This document shows positions 31,350 to 46,433 of a DNA stretch of 64,000 nt, one piece after another (positions within the stretch are counted from its first letter, which is position 1; every line of letters starts with the position of its first letter). The notes below the pieces were generated by a model. It saw nothing but the letters and a program-made list of their open reading frames with translations. It did not search any database and was not told the DNA's origin. The position numbers and the translations under genes were made by a program. This DNA comes from the human T2T-CHM13v2.0 reference genome, Homo sapiens. Location of the stretch: NCBI RefSeq assembly GCF_009914755.1, contig NC_060930.1; one strand, 5' to 3'.

Positions 31350-31535
31350 GGCCTTTATCTAATCCATGTGTATCCTCCTTCTCCATGATTGCCTCTTCAT
31401 AGACTGGTTGAGCGTTTTCATGCCATGATACCTGACTATTGCCAGAATGAGTGCTGTAAGAAATCAAGAAATCAAGATGGAAGCTACAAATGTCTTTTAT
31501 GACTCAGAAGTCGCACACTATCCTTTCTACAATAT
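31350..31535 (-). mobile_element. MLT1 LTR fragment
   Basis: caagatggaagctacaaatgtcttttatgactcagaagtcgcacac. Confidence 0.6.
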
Positions 31536-31544
31536 CAAGTCCTA

Positions 31545-31820
31545 GTGTCACCTTCTCAGTGAGATCTTTCTTGACTACTCAGTCAAAAATTATAACCTCA
31601 TCCCCATGTTTGTTCCTTTTCCTTTATATATAGTTTTCGTTGCACTTATCAGCTTCTAACGTAGCAGATGTTTAATTGTTCATTTTGTTTATGGCAGTCT
31701 CTCTTCAGTAGAATATAAAAGAGAGCTCCTTGAAAAAAGGGACTTTGTTTTATTCATTGCTGTAACCCCAGTGTCTAGGAGGCTGCTGGCTAATAGTGGC
31801 AGTCAAATTGGTGTTGATCA
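31545..31820 (+). mobile_element. L2 3' end
   Basis: tgtcaccttctcagtgagatctttcttgac...gactttgttttattcattgctgtaaccccagtgtctag. Confidence 0.8.
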
Positions 31821-32799
31821 TTAGTTCCTGCTCTTTCATTCTGTTGATCTCTGCTTCATTTAGGCTTTAAATTTATTGCTTATATTGTTTTTCTCTTTGT
31901 AATCCCTTTGGGATCAAATTTTCCCTTTGATTGTCTGTTTTATAGTTCCACTATTACCTTGACTCCTATAAAGAAACATTGATCTTGTACTAATTTTTTT
32001 AGGGTTTTGTAAGAACACCTAATATTTTTGACTGCTCGTCTGAGTTACTCTTTTTTGAACTTTCAAATAATTTCAGTTATTTTTCCAAGATTATTCTTTT
32101 CTAATGTGAAATGAGACCTTTCAGAGGATTCAAGACTGAGTCTTTCAAGCTCAAATGAAGGGAGACGGATAAGGTTCTCATATTTTGTAGTTTCACTTGT
32201 CAGTTCAGAGTTTCATTACCAGAAGTTTGTAGAGATAGCACCACTGCTATACAGGCTTTACAACCCGAAACTTCCTTCTGCATCAAAGATCACCATTTTG
32301 TGTTTATTATCACAGGCATTATTTAGCAGGGGTAGTTCCAAGGATACACTGTGAGCAAGTGCTATGGGATCTAGGCACTTAAGGCAAACAATAATAGGGT
32401 CCTCACAGGACTCTAGAAGGATCACACATTGCTGTCTTAGTGTTAAAGTAATGAATTTGGCCTTCAACCCATTGATACTAGTGAATTCTTTTAGAATCTC
32501 TTCCCTTATTTTCTGGGCAAGGTGCTTCTTTGCGTGCAGACAAGCAATGATCTGTGCAAATCATTGTTAAGTAGGACTCCTCCTTATGTAGAAAATTGTC
32601 TTGAAGTTTCTGTATTTTACTGTTATTCTTCCATGTTTTCTAATATGAACACAGAATAATCTCTAGTTGGATATTTAGATATTCATTTTAATATGATTGT
32701 GAGATAAAAGTTAGATGTGTTTCTTCCATTCATCATTTAATCAAGAAATCAGTATTACATATTTAGCATTAGATACTGAGGTTATATCTGAGCATCTTA

Positions 32800-33030
32800 T
32801 TCAAATTAAGGTCCCTTTTAATTTTTGGTCACAGCCACTTATATAGTTTTTTCTTAGAGAACTTAAACAATTTTAAAGTTTTAATTGTTTACTTATCTTT
32901 TTCCATTTTCTCTTTCATGTGGAGTGTTCTATATGGTTAAGAAGGCTGCCTGTTTCATTTGTCACTGTATCTTCACTGCATAGGCTAGTGCATGGAAGTC
33001 AATAGGATTTAAATATATATATGAATAATG
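32800..33030 (+). mobile_element. L2 3' end fragment
   Basis: gcctgtttcatttgtcactgtatcttcactgcatagg. Confidence 0.55.
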
Positions 33031-34284
33031 GGAAATTTTAGATAGAATGCCAGGCTTATGATATGAATAAGGCAGACTGTCTATTTAATCTATGCCAGAT
33101 CAGGCCTCAGACCTTCACAATCCTCAGCTTTAATGCACTCATTTTGTGGTATTCACTTTTTAAATTAGTAGAAAGAAATATGAAAATACAAGCAAATGTA
33201 TCTAATGCCAACTTCTTGGGAACAGCTAAAGGAGTAAGTGCTATTTAAACTGGCAAAATAATAATATTATATATATATTTATATATACCATTATAAAATA
33301 TAACAATAAAACTGATTATATGTTTTCCGTGCTTATTAAACACATAGCAAGAAAATTGGCCTTTACTTCCTTGGAAAAATAAAAACTGAACTACAACGAA
33401 TAAATATTTCACAGTAAGATCATTAATGGCAGGAAAAATGGTCAAAGGGCATGACAGAATATTCTTTATTTTCAATATCGTCTGAAAAAAAAAGAAGTAT
33501 CAGTTTGGTGTTATGGATAGAGACTTTGTAAAGGCAAATCATCTTTTAAAATTTGTTTCATATGTACAAATAAACTGGAGTAAAATATTTAAGACACATT
33601 TTTGACATGAGCTAAGTGTAGGCCTGGAATAATTTGCTAAATGTCGCAAGAGAGAGAAAAAAATTAGACTAAATAGCTGCCTTTAAGCTTAACTATAGTA
33701 TTTTCTTGTATCTGTGTTTAAAAAGTCACCCCTGCTAGCTAACAGAAAACATTAAATCAAAAGGATTTAGCATTGTGGTTAATGTCTTGTTCTTTATGAT
33801 CTGCACAGGCCTAGATATTGCAGCACATATTTTACATATGTAATTCTGCTTTGGGACTACTCTAAAACCATCGTACAATATGCTGAATTAATAATGCTTA
33901 TAAGTGTAATATATATAGGGAGAGTTTGAACAACTCTTGATGAAAGGTGATATATATTTATGAGGTGCCAGATGTTTGCCTTTAAAAGTAATTTTTATTA
34001 ACCCACACTATTGAGATTTGTATTGAAGTGGTCTCTTTGTGGTAGTATATTGTTTAAAATATGTTCTGTGAGATTTAGGCACAATGGGGTGAATAAAAGA
34101 ATAAGTACCTGTCTAAATTTTATGTATTTTTAAAAATTGAACCATGGGGGTACATTTTTAATGCAGGTGCAATGTATTAGACAGAAAACAGTAAAAAGGG
34201 TTATACATTTCATATGCAACTGCAGGTGTTAAAATGTACATATTATTATTATTTTAAATATTTTCTTTTTATTATGGAGGTAAT

Positions 34285-34450
34285 CATGATATCATATGCT
34301 TATATAACATGTTTCTTGCTAGGTATTCAAAACACATTACAGTCGTTAATTATTTCACATTTCATAACTTTCCTGGAGGGAAGCAAAGACAAGCATTATC
34401 GCCCCATTTTACAGACAAGGCAACTTGTTAACAAATGGCTGCTCTCTAAA
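34285..34450 (-). mobile_element. MIR
   Basis: cattatcgccccattttacagacaaggcaactt. Confidence 0.65.
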
Positions 34451-35234
34451 TGTCAGAGATTTTTTTTTTTTTTCTGGCCTTGCACCTCATGTGTCCACTG
34501 GGCTGATTCCATTGCTGCTGAGCACCAGGATCACCAATCCTTTGATTACTGCCCTGGTTATTGTGACTAGCACACATTTCTTTCCAAACCCAAGGCACAG
34601 TAAGCATTGCAAATATTAATGACAGTTTACTGAACATTTCAGGAAGCAGAAGGTGTATATTACAAAGTGACTACATTCAACAACTGCCCAGGTGCAGACC
34701 AGTCACAGATCCCCCTTACTGGCTTGCTTCCTGTCCTACTGCTGACTCGTTTCCTTGTGGCCAGGGCGATTAATCTCTTGCTATATTGCAAAGCCTGATG
34801 TATATCTATTCTAGGCTCCAGGAAGAGTAGAACACATTTTCTTCCCTTAATCTAAAATCCATTTCCATAGGTCCCAGAATTGTCTTCCTAAGATGGAAAT
34901 TTCCATTTCTTTTAAAGGAAGCATCCTTCTCATCTACACAAGTGTGTTCCATCTTATGGAACCAAATTTACATAATAGTCAAATCCACTATGTCTGCCTT
35001 ATTTGGCCTTGGATAACACTATGTATTTGACAGAAACAGCCTGGCCAGATAGGCTTACACCTAATTTTATTTCTCCTCAATAAAGAGTTAGCATATACTG
35101 ATGTTCAGTCTTGTTCAAGTTTTCTTGTTTTTGTGATATATGATCCTAAGATGCATAGTAACAAACAATTCAGCAGAAGCTAAAGTTTCAAGGCCCATCC
35201 ACACACTGGGGCATGTTTGAATCTCACGTATTTA

Positions 35235-35390
35235 TTCACACAATTACTGATTCATTAAACATTTATTTAAAAGTTTGTCTGAGTGTGATGGTTACTGAGC
35301 CACACAACAAAAACAAATTAGACAGGATGCCTGCCTGCCTTCAGTCATCTTGTAGTTTAGATAAAGTAAGCCACAAACAATTGTCAAACA
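35235..35390 (-). mobile_element. L2 3' end fragment
   Basis: ttcattaaacatttatt...agacaggatgcctgcctgccttc..cttgtagtttag. Confidence 0.5.
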
Positions 35391-36154
35391 TTTTTCTTTT
35401 TTAAAAAAGCATTTCAGTTTTCATCCATGAATTTGTTCTCCACTGGATACCATCTGGAGGGACTTTAAATCAGGTGCTCCATCAAGGAAAGGATAACACT
35501 AATTCCCTTGATCTCTCTTCCAAAGCAGAATTACAAAGCAGATAAGGTGGGTTGTGGGTTACTCTTACAAACCATCTTATCTCTGAAAAAGGTGAAACCA
35601 TACTTTTAGAAGTCTGTTTACCCATGCAATAATTCAATGCATAATTCATAGCACCACTTGTTCCAACTTATCCAGTGAAGTAGTGACAAAAGAATGGGCA
35701 GCTGTTTTATCTGTAACTTTTTCTAAAGCAAGAAAAAGAGTTTTCTTTATATTGGTCTCATTAGTAAACTTAGAATGAACAGTGATAAAAGATTATGTGA
35801 AAATAAAGACCGAATTCCTTTTATAGAGTTTCTTAGGGACATACTTGATTGGAAAAGAGTTTTCAAATGGCACCATAACTCCTCTTAAACAATTAAAAAT
35901 TTGCTTTTGCGCATATTGATCACAAATATATTTATTTTCTAATTTGGAATGTTGGGTTGTTCTATAGTTTATTATGACAAAAATGAATCACAAATAGGGA
36001 AAATATTGAAGAATGAACATTCTTGAGTATATAAAATAATCACAGCTTAAAATAAAATATCAAGGATAATTTCTTTTTAAATTTTATCATGTAAATCATT
36101 TATTTTTTCTTATCTTTGCAAGTCATAAGAATAGTTTTGATTTCTTATATAAAT

Positions 36155-36480
36155 TCATGGATTCATGAAATCTTAATAGTTGGAAGGTACCTTAGAAGTC
36201 TCTTCCTTGTAACTCCCTCTCAACACAGAAATAAATCTCTTGATCCCCATCATGTATAAATGATTTGTTTGAATGCTTTAAAATGAAAAACTCATATTTT
36301 GAGTCAGTTTATTTCAATATGGGACAACCTTGATGGCTCTCAGGATTTCTTCATTGTGCCTTAATTCTTGTCCTTTTAGTCTTCCACACAGTGACTTGTT
36401 CTGCCTTACCTTTTTAAATATTTGAAGAGAGAAATAATATGCCCTCCACTACCCCTTCTGTTTCCCAGGATAAAACCCTC
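36155..36480 (-). mobile_element. L3/CR1 3' end
   Basis: tcatggattcatgaaatcttaatagttggaaggtaccttagaagtc resembles the CR1 3' terminus antisense. Confidence 0.55.
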
Positions 36481-36759
36481 TCTTTATGTCCAGAGAAGGA
36501 GATACTATTTCAATCAGGGAGAACAACATGAACAAACATGCAAAGCAAGCACCTTATGAATTCAGCTAGCAACATGGGCTAGAAAATGAAATTTGTGAGA
36601 AGCAGTAAGAGAAAGTATAAAATAAATTGAAAATGAAGATTGGGGTCTGATTGTGGATAACTGTAGGCAAGGGGATCTTTGATGATTATTTTTAAGCAAG
36701 AATAGTGATATGATCAGAGATTTGTTTCAGGAAGATTGATCAGACATGACTAATCATGT

Positions 36760-37159
36760 AGAGCATTAATTCCCAGTTGTACATAAATTTTCTTGTCAGT
36801 TCTTCCCTCCGTATGTCAAATTTTTGCATTGTAGCCCTTATGTAATTCCCTCTGTAAGAATGTAGGCTGAACCTAGAAACTTGCTTGTAACTAATAGACT
36901 ATGGCAGCAAAAGTACTGGGATGTCAGTTCCATGATTAGGTTACAAAAGATTACGACTTTCCTTTTAATAGCAGACTTTCTCTATTACGTTCTCAATCTC
37001 CCAGATTACACGTAAATTACAGCCTGTAAGAGGACCTAAAATAGAGGATCCAGTTAAACCATGCCTGGACTCCTGACCTAAGTATTTAGACAATAAGTGT
37101 GCATTGTTTTAAGCTGCTAAGTTTTGTAAATTGTTACACAGCAATAGGTAACTAATACA
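36760..37159 (+). mobile_element. MLT1E/F-like MaLR LTR
   Basis: ccatgcctggactcctgacc...ttgttttaagctgctaagttttg..ttgttacacagcaataggtaactaataca. Confidence 0.8.
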
Positions 37160-38889
37160 GGGCTGCATGTGTGATATTTTGCAAATATGTGCTAACTCAA
37201 TTAGCAGTGATAAATCTCCTGGTGAGCTGAAGGAGTTTCACCTGATGCATAGGTTGTGAGAATTATATAGGAAATAGATATATAAACATTGTAAACAAGA
37301 GTATTGTGATACCCATAAATAACAGGGGAATTACAAATATTTAGATGATGGATTCGATTTTTTTGGTTCTAGTGTGTGTTAATTCATATGGTTCATTCAT
37401 GTTTAACAGTAAAACATAGAACTGTGTCCTCTGGACTGAGGTATTATTGACATTAAAAGGGAATACTACTGTGTCCCTAAAGAGAACACTATAGATTTTT
37501 GTGAGAGAGTTTTATAAATGCAAAGCAGGTAGCATGTGCAAGGCTAAAATATTCAAGTGGTCTTTTAAGCTGGCAGAAGACCAGCAAAATGAAGGCTTTA
37601 ATTGGGACCTCAAAAAATTAAAATAGAGGTTATCTCCTATATTTTGATGTGTCCTTGTTACCACTTTTTGTAAGTGAAAAATTTATTACAAATACTTGAA
37701 CTTACAGAGGAGATATTTGACATTGTAGCCAAAAGCATAAAAACTGAAACAACAACACATACAAAATGAAATGCTGCCAAACCAAATCAGACTACTTTAT
37801 TTTATTCTACCTTGTCCAAAATATTATTCCATTTTATTATGAAAATAATTTATTAATTTTTTTATGATTTTGCATTTTAAAAATATTGACTAGGTAATGT
37901 GATCAGGTTTCCTTATTGGGAAGACGAGCTGAGGAAAAAGATACAAGAATGACTCTGGGGCACTGGAGACTTAACAACGCATTAAGAATTATGGGGCCAA
38001 AATCCTGGAAGAGATAGAAACCCAAAAAGTAAACAAACCCAATATTTAGGCATACTTCTCTCCTAAGTGTAGGTGCATCTGTAGATTCCTTCAGTGATAA
38101 GTTGATCAGAATGTTGGGTACATTTGCAATGCCAAGGAACAGAAATTCAAGTCTATGCTAGGCAAAGGCCCCTAGCAAATCCCTATCCTTTGAATTAGGA
38201 CCTCCAAACGACTACACAGTAAGAGAAAAGCCAATCCAGAAATAAGAAATAACCAACCTGACTTTTACAGAGATAGAAGCCCAGCTTTGAACCATATCAA
38301 TCCAGGTAACTGGATTAAGATGATCACCAAATGCTGGTGCCTCTGGCTGCTGGCCTACATCAAATATAAATCCTCATTTTCACCTCTCAATAAGACAGAG
38401 CCTTTCAAGGCAGACCAAAACAACTAGAAAAACTGGACAAATTATAAAATCACTTATTTAAAGGCATAAGAGAACCCCAGAAGCTACAAGGACTAAATAA
38501 AGTAAGATTCCAGCAAGAGAAAAAATTTTCAGAGATGAGCTAAGGATATGCAGCCATCCCTGAAGCCATTTGTTGGTCCTAGGATTGAGACAAAAGCTGA
38601 GACAACTAAGTAAACCCATACATAGGCAAACTGCTAGGGGACAGAGGGAAAAGCAGAGATTTTTTGGGGGAGGGGGGTCACATGGGACTGGATTGACATA
38701 ATTAGAGGTTTCAGGGAGCTCAGGCACACAGGTGGTCTCGTCCTCAGTGTGTTCCCTGAACTCCGAAGCTGTACAGAGCTGGAGGCCAAAACACAAGGCT
38801 AAAAATTAAAATGTCTAAAAATCACAGGAATGTCCTATAGTCTTGCATTGGAAGACTAAGTGTTGCAAATATGTCACTTTTCTAGCAAC

Positions 38890-40430
38890 CGATTTAAAAA
38901 GACAATGCAATCTTAACCAGAATCCTGAAGAGTATTGTTTAAGAGAAATTGATAAGCTGATTGAAGAATAAATATGGGAATGCAAAGGACTAAATGTTGA
39001 AAAGAAATTACAAAATTGGAAAACCTAAATTATTAGTTATCAAAACTCAAGCTCTATTACAAAGCTTTATTTGAAATATAATTGATATACAGTAAACCCC
39101 ACATTTAATATATACAATTTGATGCATTTGCACATATGCATGCACTCATAAAATGTCATAATAATTAAGGTAATAGACATGTCTATCACCTCCAGAAATT
39201 TCTTGTATCTCTGTGTGTGTGTGTTTATGTGTGTGTGTGATAAGAACACTCAACATGGGATTTACTCTCAACAAATTTTTAAGTTCATAAAACAGTATTG
39301 TTGACTATAGATACTATGCCTTGAAGCAGATCTCTAGAATGAATTCATCTTGTTATACTAATGAAGACAGGGGTATTGGCATCAGGACAGAAATATAGGC
39401 CATTGAAACCAAATTAAAATTCCAGAAACATACCTCGTGTATATAGTTGCCTGATTTATGACACATTTAATACCATAATGCTGTATGGCAAAGGTTGTCT
39501 TTTCAATAGATTATTTTGTGTAAGCTATATATCCATATTGTAAAAATGAAATCTGACCTGGTAGATGATAGATCTAAATATGAAAAGTAGAACAATAAAG
39601 TTTATAAAGATAATATAGGGGCATATCATCTTGACTGTTGAAAAGGGAAACACTTGTAATATTAGTCACAAAACTTCTAAGCCCCCAAAATAGGCAGGAA
39701 TCAAATTAAAATAAAAACTACTCTATTATCAGAAGATACCATGTGAGGAACATACAAGAAGCCCCCCAAAATGGGTGAAGTAGTTCTAGATACATAACTA
39801 AAAGAGGGTCTATACCCAGAATTTATAAAAGACTACAACAAATCAATTACAACTGTTCAGATTAATTGGAAACGCTCTGCAGTGAAGTCAAAGGACACTC
39901 AACCACATTACTCATCAGGGAGATATAATTTATATCCACACTGAGATATCCCTACTTCTATGACAGAAGGGCTAAAATTAAAACAAGAAATAGCAAAATT
40001 TGGTGAGGATATGGGACAATAAGAACCTCAATACACTGATGTTGGGAGTGTAAATTGGTACAACCACTTCAGAAAACGGTTTGTCATACTTAACAATGTT
40101 AAGATATTGTGTTTTTTGGTACAGAAATTCTGTTGAAGGCTTATACTAATTGGAAATACGTAAACAGAGACGAAAGATATACATAAGAATTTTCACAACC
40201 TGTAAGAGCCCCAAGCTGAAACTATGCAGTAATGCAAATGAATCTTACCAATATAATGTAGAGCAAAAGAAACCAGACACAAAATAATATGAACTGTATT
40301 GCTGGATTCATAGAGAGCTCAAAAGCAGAGAAAACACTACTTAGAAGTAGCAACAGTAGTTACCTTTTAAGGAGGTAGGAGAACAGAAGGGAAATGATCA
40401 GGAGAGGACATAAAGGGGCTTTTTGAGTGA
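38890..40430 (+). mobile_element. Old L1M(D/E) ORF2 3' part and 3'UTR
   Basis: gaaattgataagctgatt, gttgggagtgtaaattggtacaaccacttcagaaaac, gaatcttaccaatataatg..gagcaaaagaaaccagacac. Confidence 0.7.
39065..39352 (-). mobile_element. L1MB-like 3' end inserted in the older L1
   Basis: gctttatttgaaatataattgatatac...gcagatctctagaatgaattcatcttg; host L1 resumes on both sides. Confidence 0.75.
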
Positions 40431-40431
40431 T

Positions 40432-40937
40432 GGCCTATTTGTTATCTATTGATGCATAACACATTATTCCAGAAATTAGTAGCTGAAAATAACAAATACT
40501 TATTAATCAGTTCCTATGGGTCAAGAATCAGGCACAGTTAATCTGGGAACCTGTAGCTCAAGGTCTTTTATGAAGTTGAAATTAGGGTATTTGGATGGCA
40601 GTCATCTCAGGCCTCAGTGGAGCTAAAATATCTTCTTCCAAACTCACTGATGCAGTTTTGGCAGGTCTCTAAATAACACACTTCTAAGTTCCCGTGTGAG
40701 TGTATCTTTCCAAGGCTGCCTCCTGACATTGCAACTGCCTTCCCCAGCCTGAATGACTTAAGAGAGAACAAGAGAGAACACCATGAGAGAAGTCACTGTC
40801 TTTTTATTACCTAATCACACAAGGGTCATCCCATTACTTCTGCTTCATTCCATTTTTTAGAACAAGTTATTAAACTCAGAGTATGACTAACAAGGGATAG
40901 GTGTTATTGAGGTCTATCTTGGAGGTTTCCTACTATA
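40432..40937 (-). mobile_element. MLT1F-like MaLR LTR
   Basis: ttatctattgatgcataac...ttcctatgggtcaagaatc...atcttggaggtttcctactata. Confidence 0.75.
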
Positions 40938-41089
40938 GATGACAGTGTCCAAGATTTTGACCTTGGTGGAGATACCATAAATGATTGCTTTATGTTATTC
41001 ACCGGGCTTCATATTTGTCTTGTGAACTTTTCTTTATATATTTTACGATAAAGTATTTTTATGGTCAAAACATTTTATTTTAAAAAATT

Positions 41090-41411
<322 letters not shown>

Positions 41412-42513
41412 TAAATTGAAAATATACAGTCACAGAAATTTCTTCAAGTTTTAAGTGTTCGTAGAATGGAATCAAGATAGAATACAATTGCAAAGAACTT
41501 CTTCTTACCCATTCCCTTAGATCTATGGACTGCTTTAAAACTACTTAGAAATTTTAACTTAGGGTCCCACTTACAAACAACTAAACCCACCAACATTCAA
41601 AATTGAAATACATAAATTAAGTTGAGCTGATCTTTCCCTTGGGAAGCAATTTTTCTCAAGACCCTTATTTAAACATTTCTTACTTAGTATGCTTTTTAGT
41701 TGCTTATGAGCAAATTATACCTAAGAGAAAGTCTCAAATTTCAAATTTTCCACAAATGCCACTCTTAATATGAGCCTAATAACTTTCCTAATAACATACC
41801 ATAAGTACAGTTTTTTAAATTTCAAGCCAAAGGTATTTTCTTTCTATATTTCATAGAAATTCTCACTAGTGATTTGAATAGGAATAACTACTTTTTCTGA
41901 CATATAAATAGTGGTAAAGAAAACATTTTCATTAGTACTTTTATTTGAATATCATGCTTTTAATTGAAATATAACCAATGCACATGGTGTTAATAGAAAA
42001 ATCAATCGTTGTTTGTACTAGTCATCCGATAGCAATACACATAGATAAATAGATTATTTCATGGATAAGAGAGGAGCAACTTACATCTAAGTGTACTTCT
42101 CACTCATTTCTTGACAAACTTGACAAATGGCACAGCCCAGCCAGTCACCTTGCCCTTCATGATAGAGAAGTGCACAGATGTGAACATGGATACGAAACAC
42201 TTCTGTCCCTTTCTCTCAAGTGGACAATTCCAGAGGGAGCTTGAGAACAGGTTAAAAAGAACTGAGAAAAATATAATGTTTCTTTTTTTATACAAGTGTT
42301 TAGTATAACTCAAAAGCATAAAATAGTAAGACTGATAAAAATATATACAAATAATGTACATCAAAGTCGATTTTTGAAAGCATACATTGTATCATAAAAT
42401 CAAAATCCTCAGATTGTAAGCAGAATTTTACCATAATAACAATAAAAAAGACAGCAGTGTCAGTTATTGAGCTATTTCTTTTATTAATGCCAAACCCATT
42501 CTTCTTTCTACAC

Positions 42514-42955
42514 TGTGATGCTGGGGTGGAGACCTTTTTGTGGTCTACTCCCTAATTGGCTTCATCAGTTGGTGGCACAGGAAGGATCTCAGAAAGCTGG
42601 AGAGGGAGAAAATGTTTGCTGTGTCCTTTTTGCTTGTTGGTTTGATAGTATGGCCCCAGCAAGGACCCTGCACCCTGGCAGTGACAGCTGATTCCAGTGC
42701 TCACTTTCTGTACTCTTTCCCAGAACACTCAGGGATGTCTCTGCTTCAGAGATTTGAGTCTCAGCTTTGTAGGGCGCTCCACTTACCTCCTCTCATCATT
42801 TACCAAGCCCCAGATGTGCACTGTCTCTGTGTTACCTCAGTTACTTTTAACTTTTCCAGTTCTCTAGTATATGATTAATTAATTCCTTATATGGACTTTT
42901 CTGTGTTGAAATACCAGATATGATTTCTCTATTTCCTGTTGGGCCTTCTTTGATA
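42514..42955 (+). mobile_element. LTR33-like ERVL LTR
   Basis: tgtgatgctgggg...ttccttatatggacttttctgtgttgaaatacc..atttctctatttcctg. Confidence 0.55.
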
Positions 42956-45928
42956 TAATAAACTATAATTAATTATATGATTATTACAAAAATGTGTTAT
43001 GGACATGTTCAAATCTATATTGTGATTTGCTAAAGAGGGAGATCTTTTTCTTCTGCCTGTTTAATGAAAATGATTTCATTGGTTTAAGAAGAAAAATACT
43101 TCCATTTAGATTTGTAGAAGTGTACATAAGAGCAGTTTGTACTCTAGTTATGCATGTAACTGCTTGGAAAAACATCCCAAGCGGTCATGCTGTTAGATAA
43201 TAGAAATAAAATTTAACTAAAATTTGTAATATGCATCATTTTAAGAAGGCACATTGTGAACCATGCATAATAAATTATAAATAATCTATTTGTAATCTGA
43301 ATAAAATGAGAGAAATTACTTTTGTAATAATTATTGGAAAAATAAAAAGCATACTAATTTGTTTCTAGTGATGATCAAACAATTAATAAAATTTATGCAG
43401 AAATTCCATCAATACTTAAAAGTTGACCAACCTAAATACTACCTTGGGTTGGACATTATTTTTGAAAGGTACTAATTAAAAGTTTGTTTCTATTGCATAA
43501 ATATGCATCTTTAATAAAATAAATAGTTTTAGATAGTTGCAATGACCACTATGTTGTTTATATAAATATTTAGGATGAGAAGGTGAGTACTTGTGAAAAA
43601 TGTTTGTCATAGAATTCCAGAGATAATAGTACACACCTAATTTTTAAAATACTAGTTCCTCGTCTATATAATTTCAGTCTCTATATTTATGTTTTTTTGT
43701 GATTTATTCGTTTTGAGAAAGGGTACAATAGCAATTTTGAAATTAAAAAAATTGAAAAATATATGTCAAGGAATTGGGGCATAGAACTCTAAATTTTAAT
43801 AGATTATTAGTCATCTTGCTAATATTGTGATACTTGAAACATTCTAATTTTTTCAATTATATAAAGCTGCTTAATTGCAAACATAGTGAAATGCAAAACT
43901 GACCATTTTAATATATGTGTAACAATTATGAAATACAGGAAGATATGACAGCATTAAATCACTCAATAAATTATTTGAGAAAATGGTGCAATAATTATTT
44001 GTGTAGCATATGGAATGAATATTTCTGTTCCTGAAAATTCTAAATCTGTTGGACTTTTCCTATTATTAGAAAGAGTACTCTCGAGTGAAAGCTGCTGCTT
44101 TGATTACTCACTCTACTGCAGCTGCTCTCTAAATTGTGTAGTAATTTGTAATTGCCAAATTCATTATTCTTTTTTGGTTCTCATCTTGGAGGAGAATTGG
44201 TAATGATTTCAAAACTATAAAGTCAGTGTTTTTGCTATCTATTGGACCATGCAAAAATTTAAATATCTATGTGTACACAATGAAATTCTTGCCAGAATAC
44301 CCAATTCCATGGCTGGAGTAAGGAATATGTAATGTTTGGTATCTGGGTTTGCTATTGACACTGACACTAAAGAATTCTTACATTAAATATCTGGTAAAGA
44401 AGTAGGAGTTCATGGGTATCTGAATTAGGATAAACCACCAGATAGGCTCTGATTTTAAGAGTGTCATCAACCAACCAAAATTTCCTCATAACATACCAAA
44501 AATCACCTATGGACAAATTGAATAGGTATGTTAGAAACTAACATTAGGCCTTCATAAGAAAACCAGTCTTCCCACGACTTTCAAAAGAAAACATGATGGT
44601 TGTGGTGATGAAACATCAATGACTAGATGAGCAAATGTTATTCTTTTAATTCAAGCGATCTGCATGTACACATTAACCACAATCATCCTCTGGAAATCTG
44701 ACCACCAATTATTTTTGTTTTATCTAAACAACCAACTAATTTTGTTCTAGGACTACCAAAAGATGTGATAGAGGAAAGAATGAGTTGGAAAGAACAGTGT
44801 TTTATTTTCTCTTAGACTAACAAAGGCAGTTTTTCTATAAACAATGCTGAAGATTTGGCCCAGGATAAGTGACTATTTCCATTCTCTCATCCTCAAGAAA
44901 AATGATAGAAAACTATAGATGAAGTAATGGTTCCTTGAAAGAAAAAGAAGGGGTTAATTCTATGCTTGTGTTGAGATGTGCGTTTGTGTATATCCAACAC
45001 ATGAGTACAACTGTCAGGAAGGCTCCTCGAATTCATGCTTTCCTGCCATGAAATACACATTGAGCCAATGGTTTCACTATAGTCATTAATACATATCCAG
45101 TGTTTTTTGGGCCACCAATGTACCTAGGAAAAGGTAAAGGCTTGAAGCCATAAAATAGGGTTCACATTGTTTTCATTAACCTCTTCATATTTGCAGATTA
45201 AAGAGATTTATTCTTATTGTAGTTGTTATTTCTACCTTATGGTAAAAAAGCTGTCTTTTCAATCTCAAAATGTGAATTCTATAGCATATTATGGCTGTAG
45301 ATTGTTTTCTCTTTTTGCAAATGAACTAACTCCCTATGTGGGTAAATTAGATTGAAGCCCACAGTTGCACTGGTGGTTATAATAGGTCTACAAAGATGTT
45401 GAAAATTGATAGGAAACTGAATATTCTCTTACAATGACAGTCTATGAATGGTAGAGGTCCTGATTTAGACCTGGAAAGATAATCTGCAATGAATGTGCTG
45501 CTCTGCCTTTCCTCCCTTATGAAATTTTGAAGGCACAGGTTGAAAACTACTGACTTATTGCCTCATGAATTCATTTGAGGTGGCATATATTGAAATTGAA
45601 AGCACTATTACATGGGTAGCCCATTGTACGTGGTGATAAGGGAGCTATTACTTAACTCTGCTGAACACCTGTCAAGAATTGCTCTTTAAATCAGCCCTGC
45701 ACACATTTGAGCTCTACAACAAGGAAAGCAAACTTATTCTTTATAAGTTTCTTTATAACAAGAGATACCAACTCATAGTCCAGAAACCTGTGCCTTTCCT
45801 TTTCCATGTCCCTGTGAGAGGTCAGGGCCATACAAAAATTAAAAACTGGAAATTAGGGACTATAAAATAGGAATAGTTAATTTTTCTTTTTTGAAAAATT
45901 ATTGCTAGAATTACTCAAAGTTGATAGT

Positions 45929-46090
45929 TGTATCAGTCAGGCTATATTAAGCAATTCTGTGTTGACAAATGACCCCCAAAACTTTAGAGGCTTTAAAGAA
46001 CAATGGTTTATTTTTTGCCCATGTTGTGTGTCCATTATAGGTCCGCTATAGCTCTTCCCTATATTTTCCTCTCCTCTCCCCCTTGGAACC
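45929..46090 (-). mobile_element. MLT1I/J-like LTR fragment
   Basis: tgtatcagtcagg...tgacaaatgacccccaaaactttagaggcttt..acaatggtttatttt. Confidence 0.65.
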
Positions 46091-46433
46091 TAGTGTAACA
46101 AAGAAGCTCATTTTAAGAATAAATAGACCTCTCTGTTACCTAAAGCAGGCATCTGGTACCAGATTTATTTCCCAAAAATTTATAACTAGAATTTCTTTAC
46201 ATCTCCGGAATGTGTGCATGTTGAAACTCATTGTGCCATTGTGCAACCCTTGCTGACATCTGGGCACCAAAATGTAATAATTTATCATGACCTACGTGGC
46301 TACTATGGTCCAAATTACCTGTAAGCTCCTACTTTAAAATCCACACATACCTCTAAGGAAAAATCCACTGTGGAGCGCTCAGTCCTCTCTTGTGGAGGTG
46401 CCCTGCTGCACTCTCTTGCATCATTGTTTCTTT

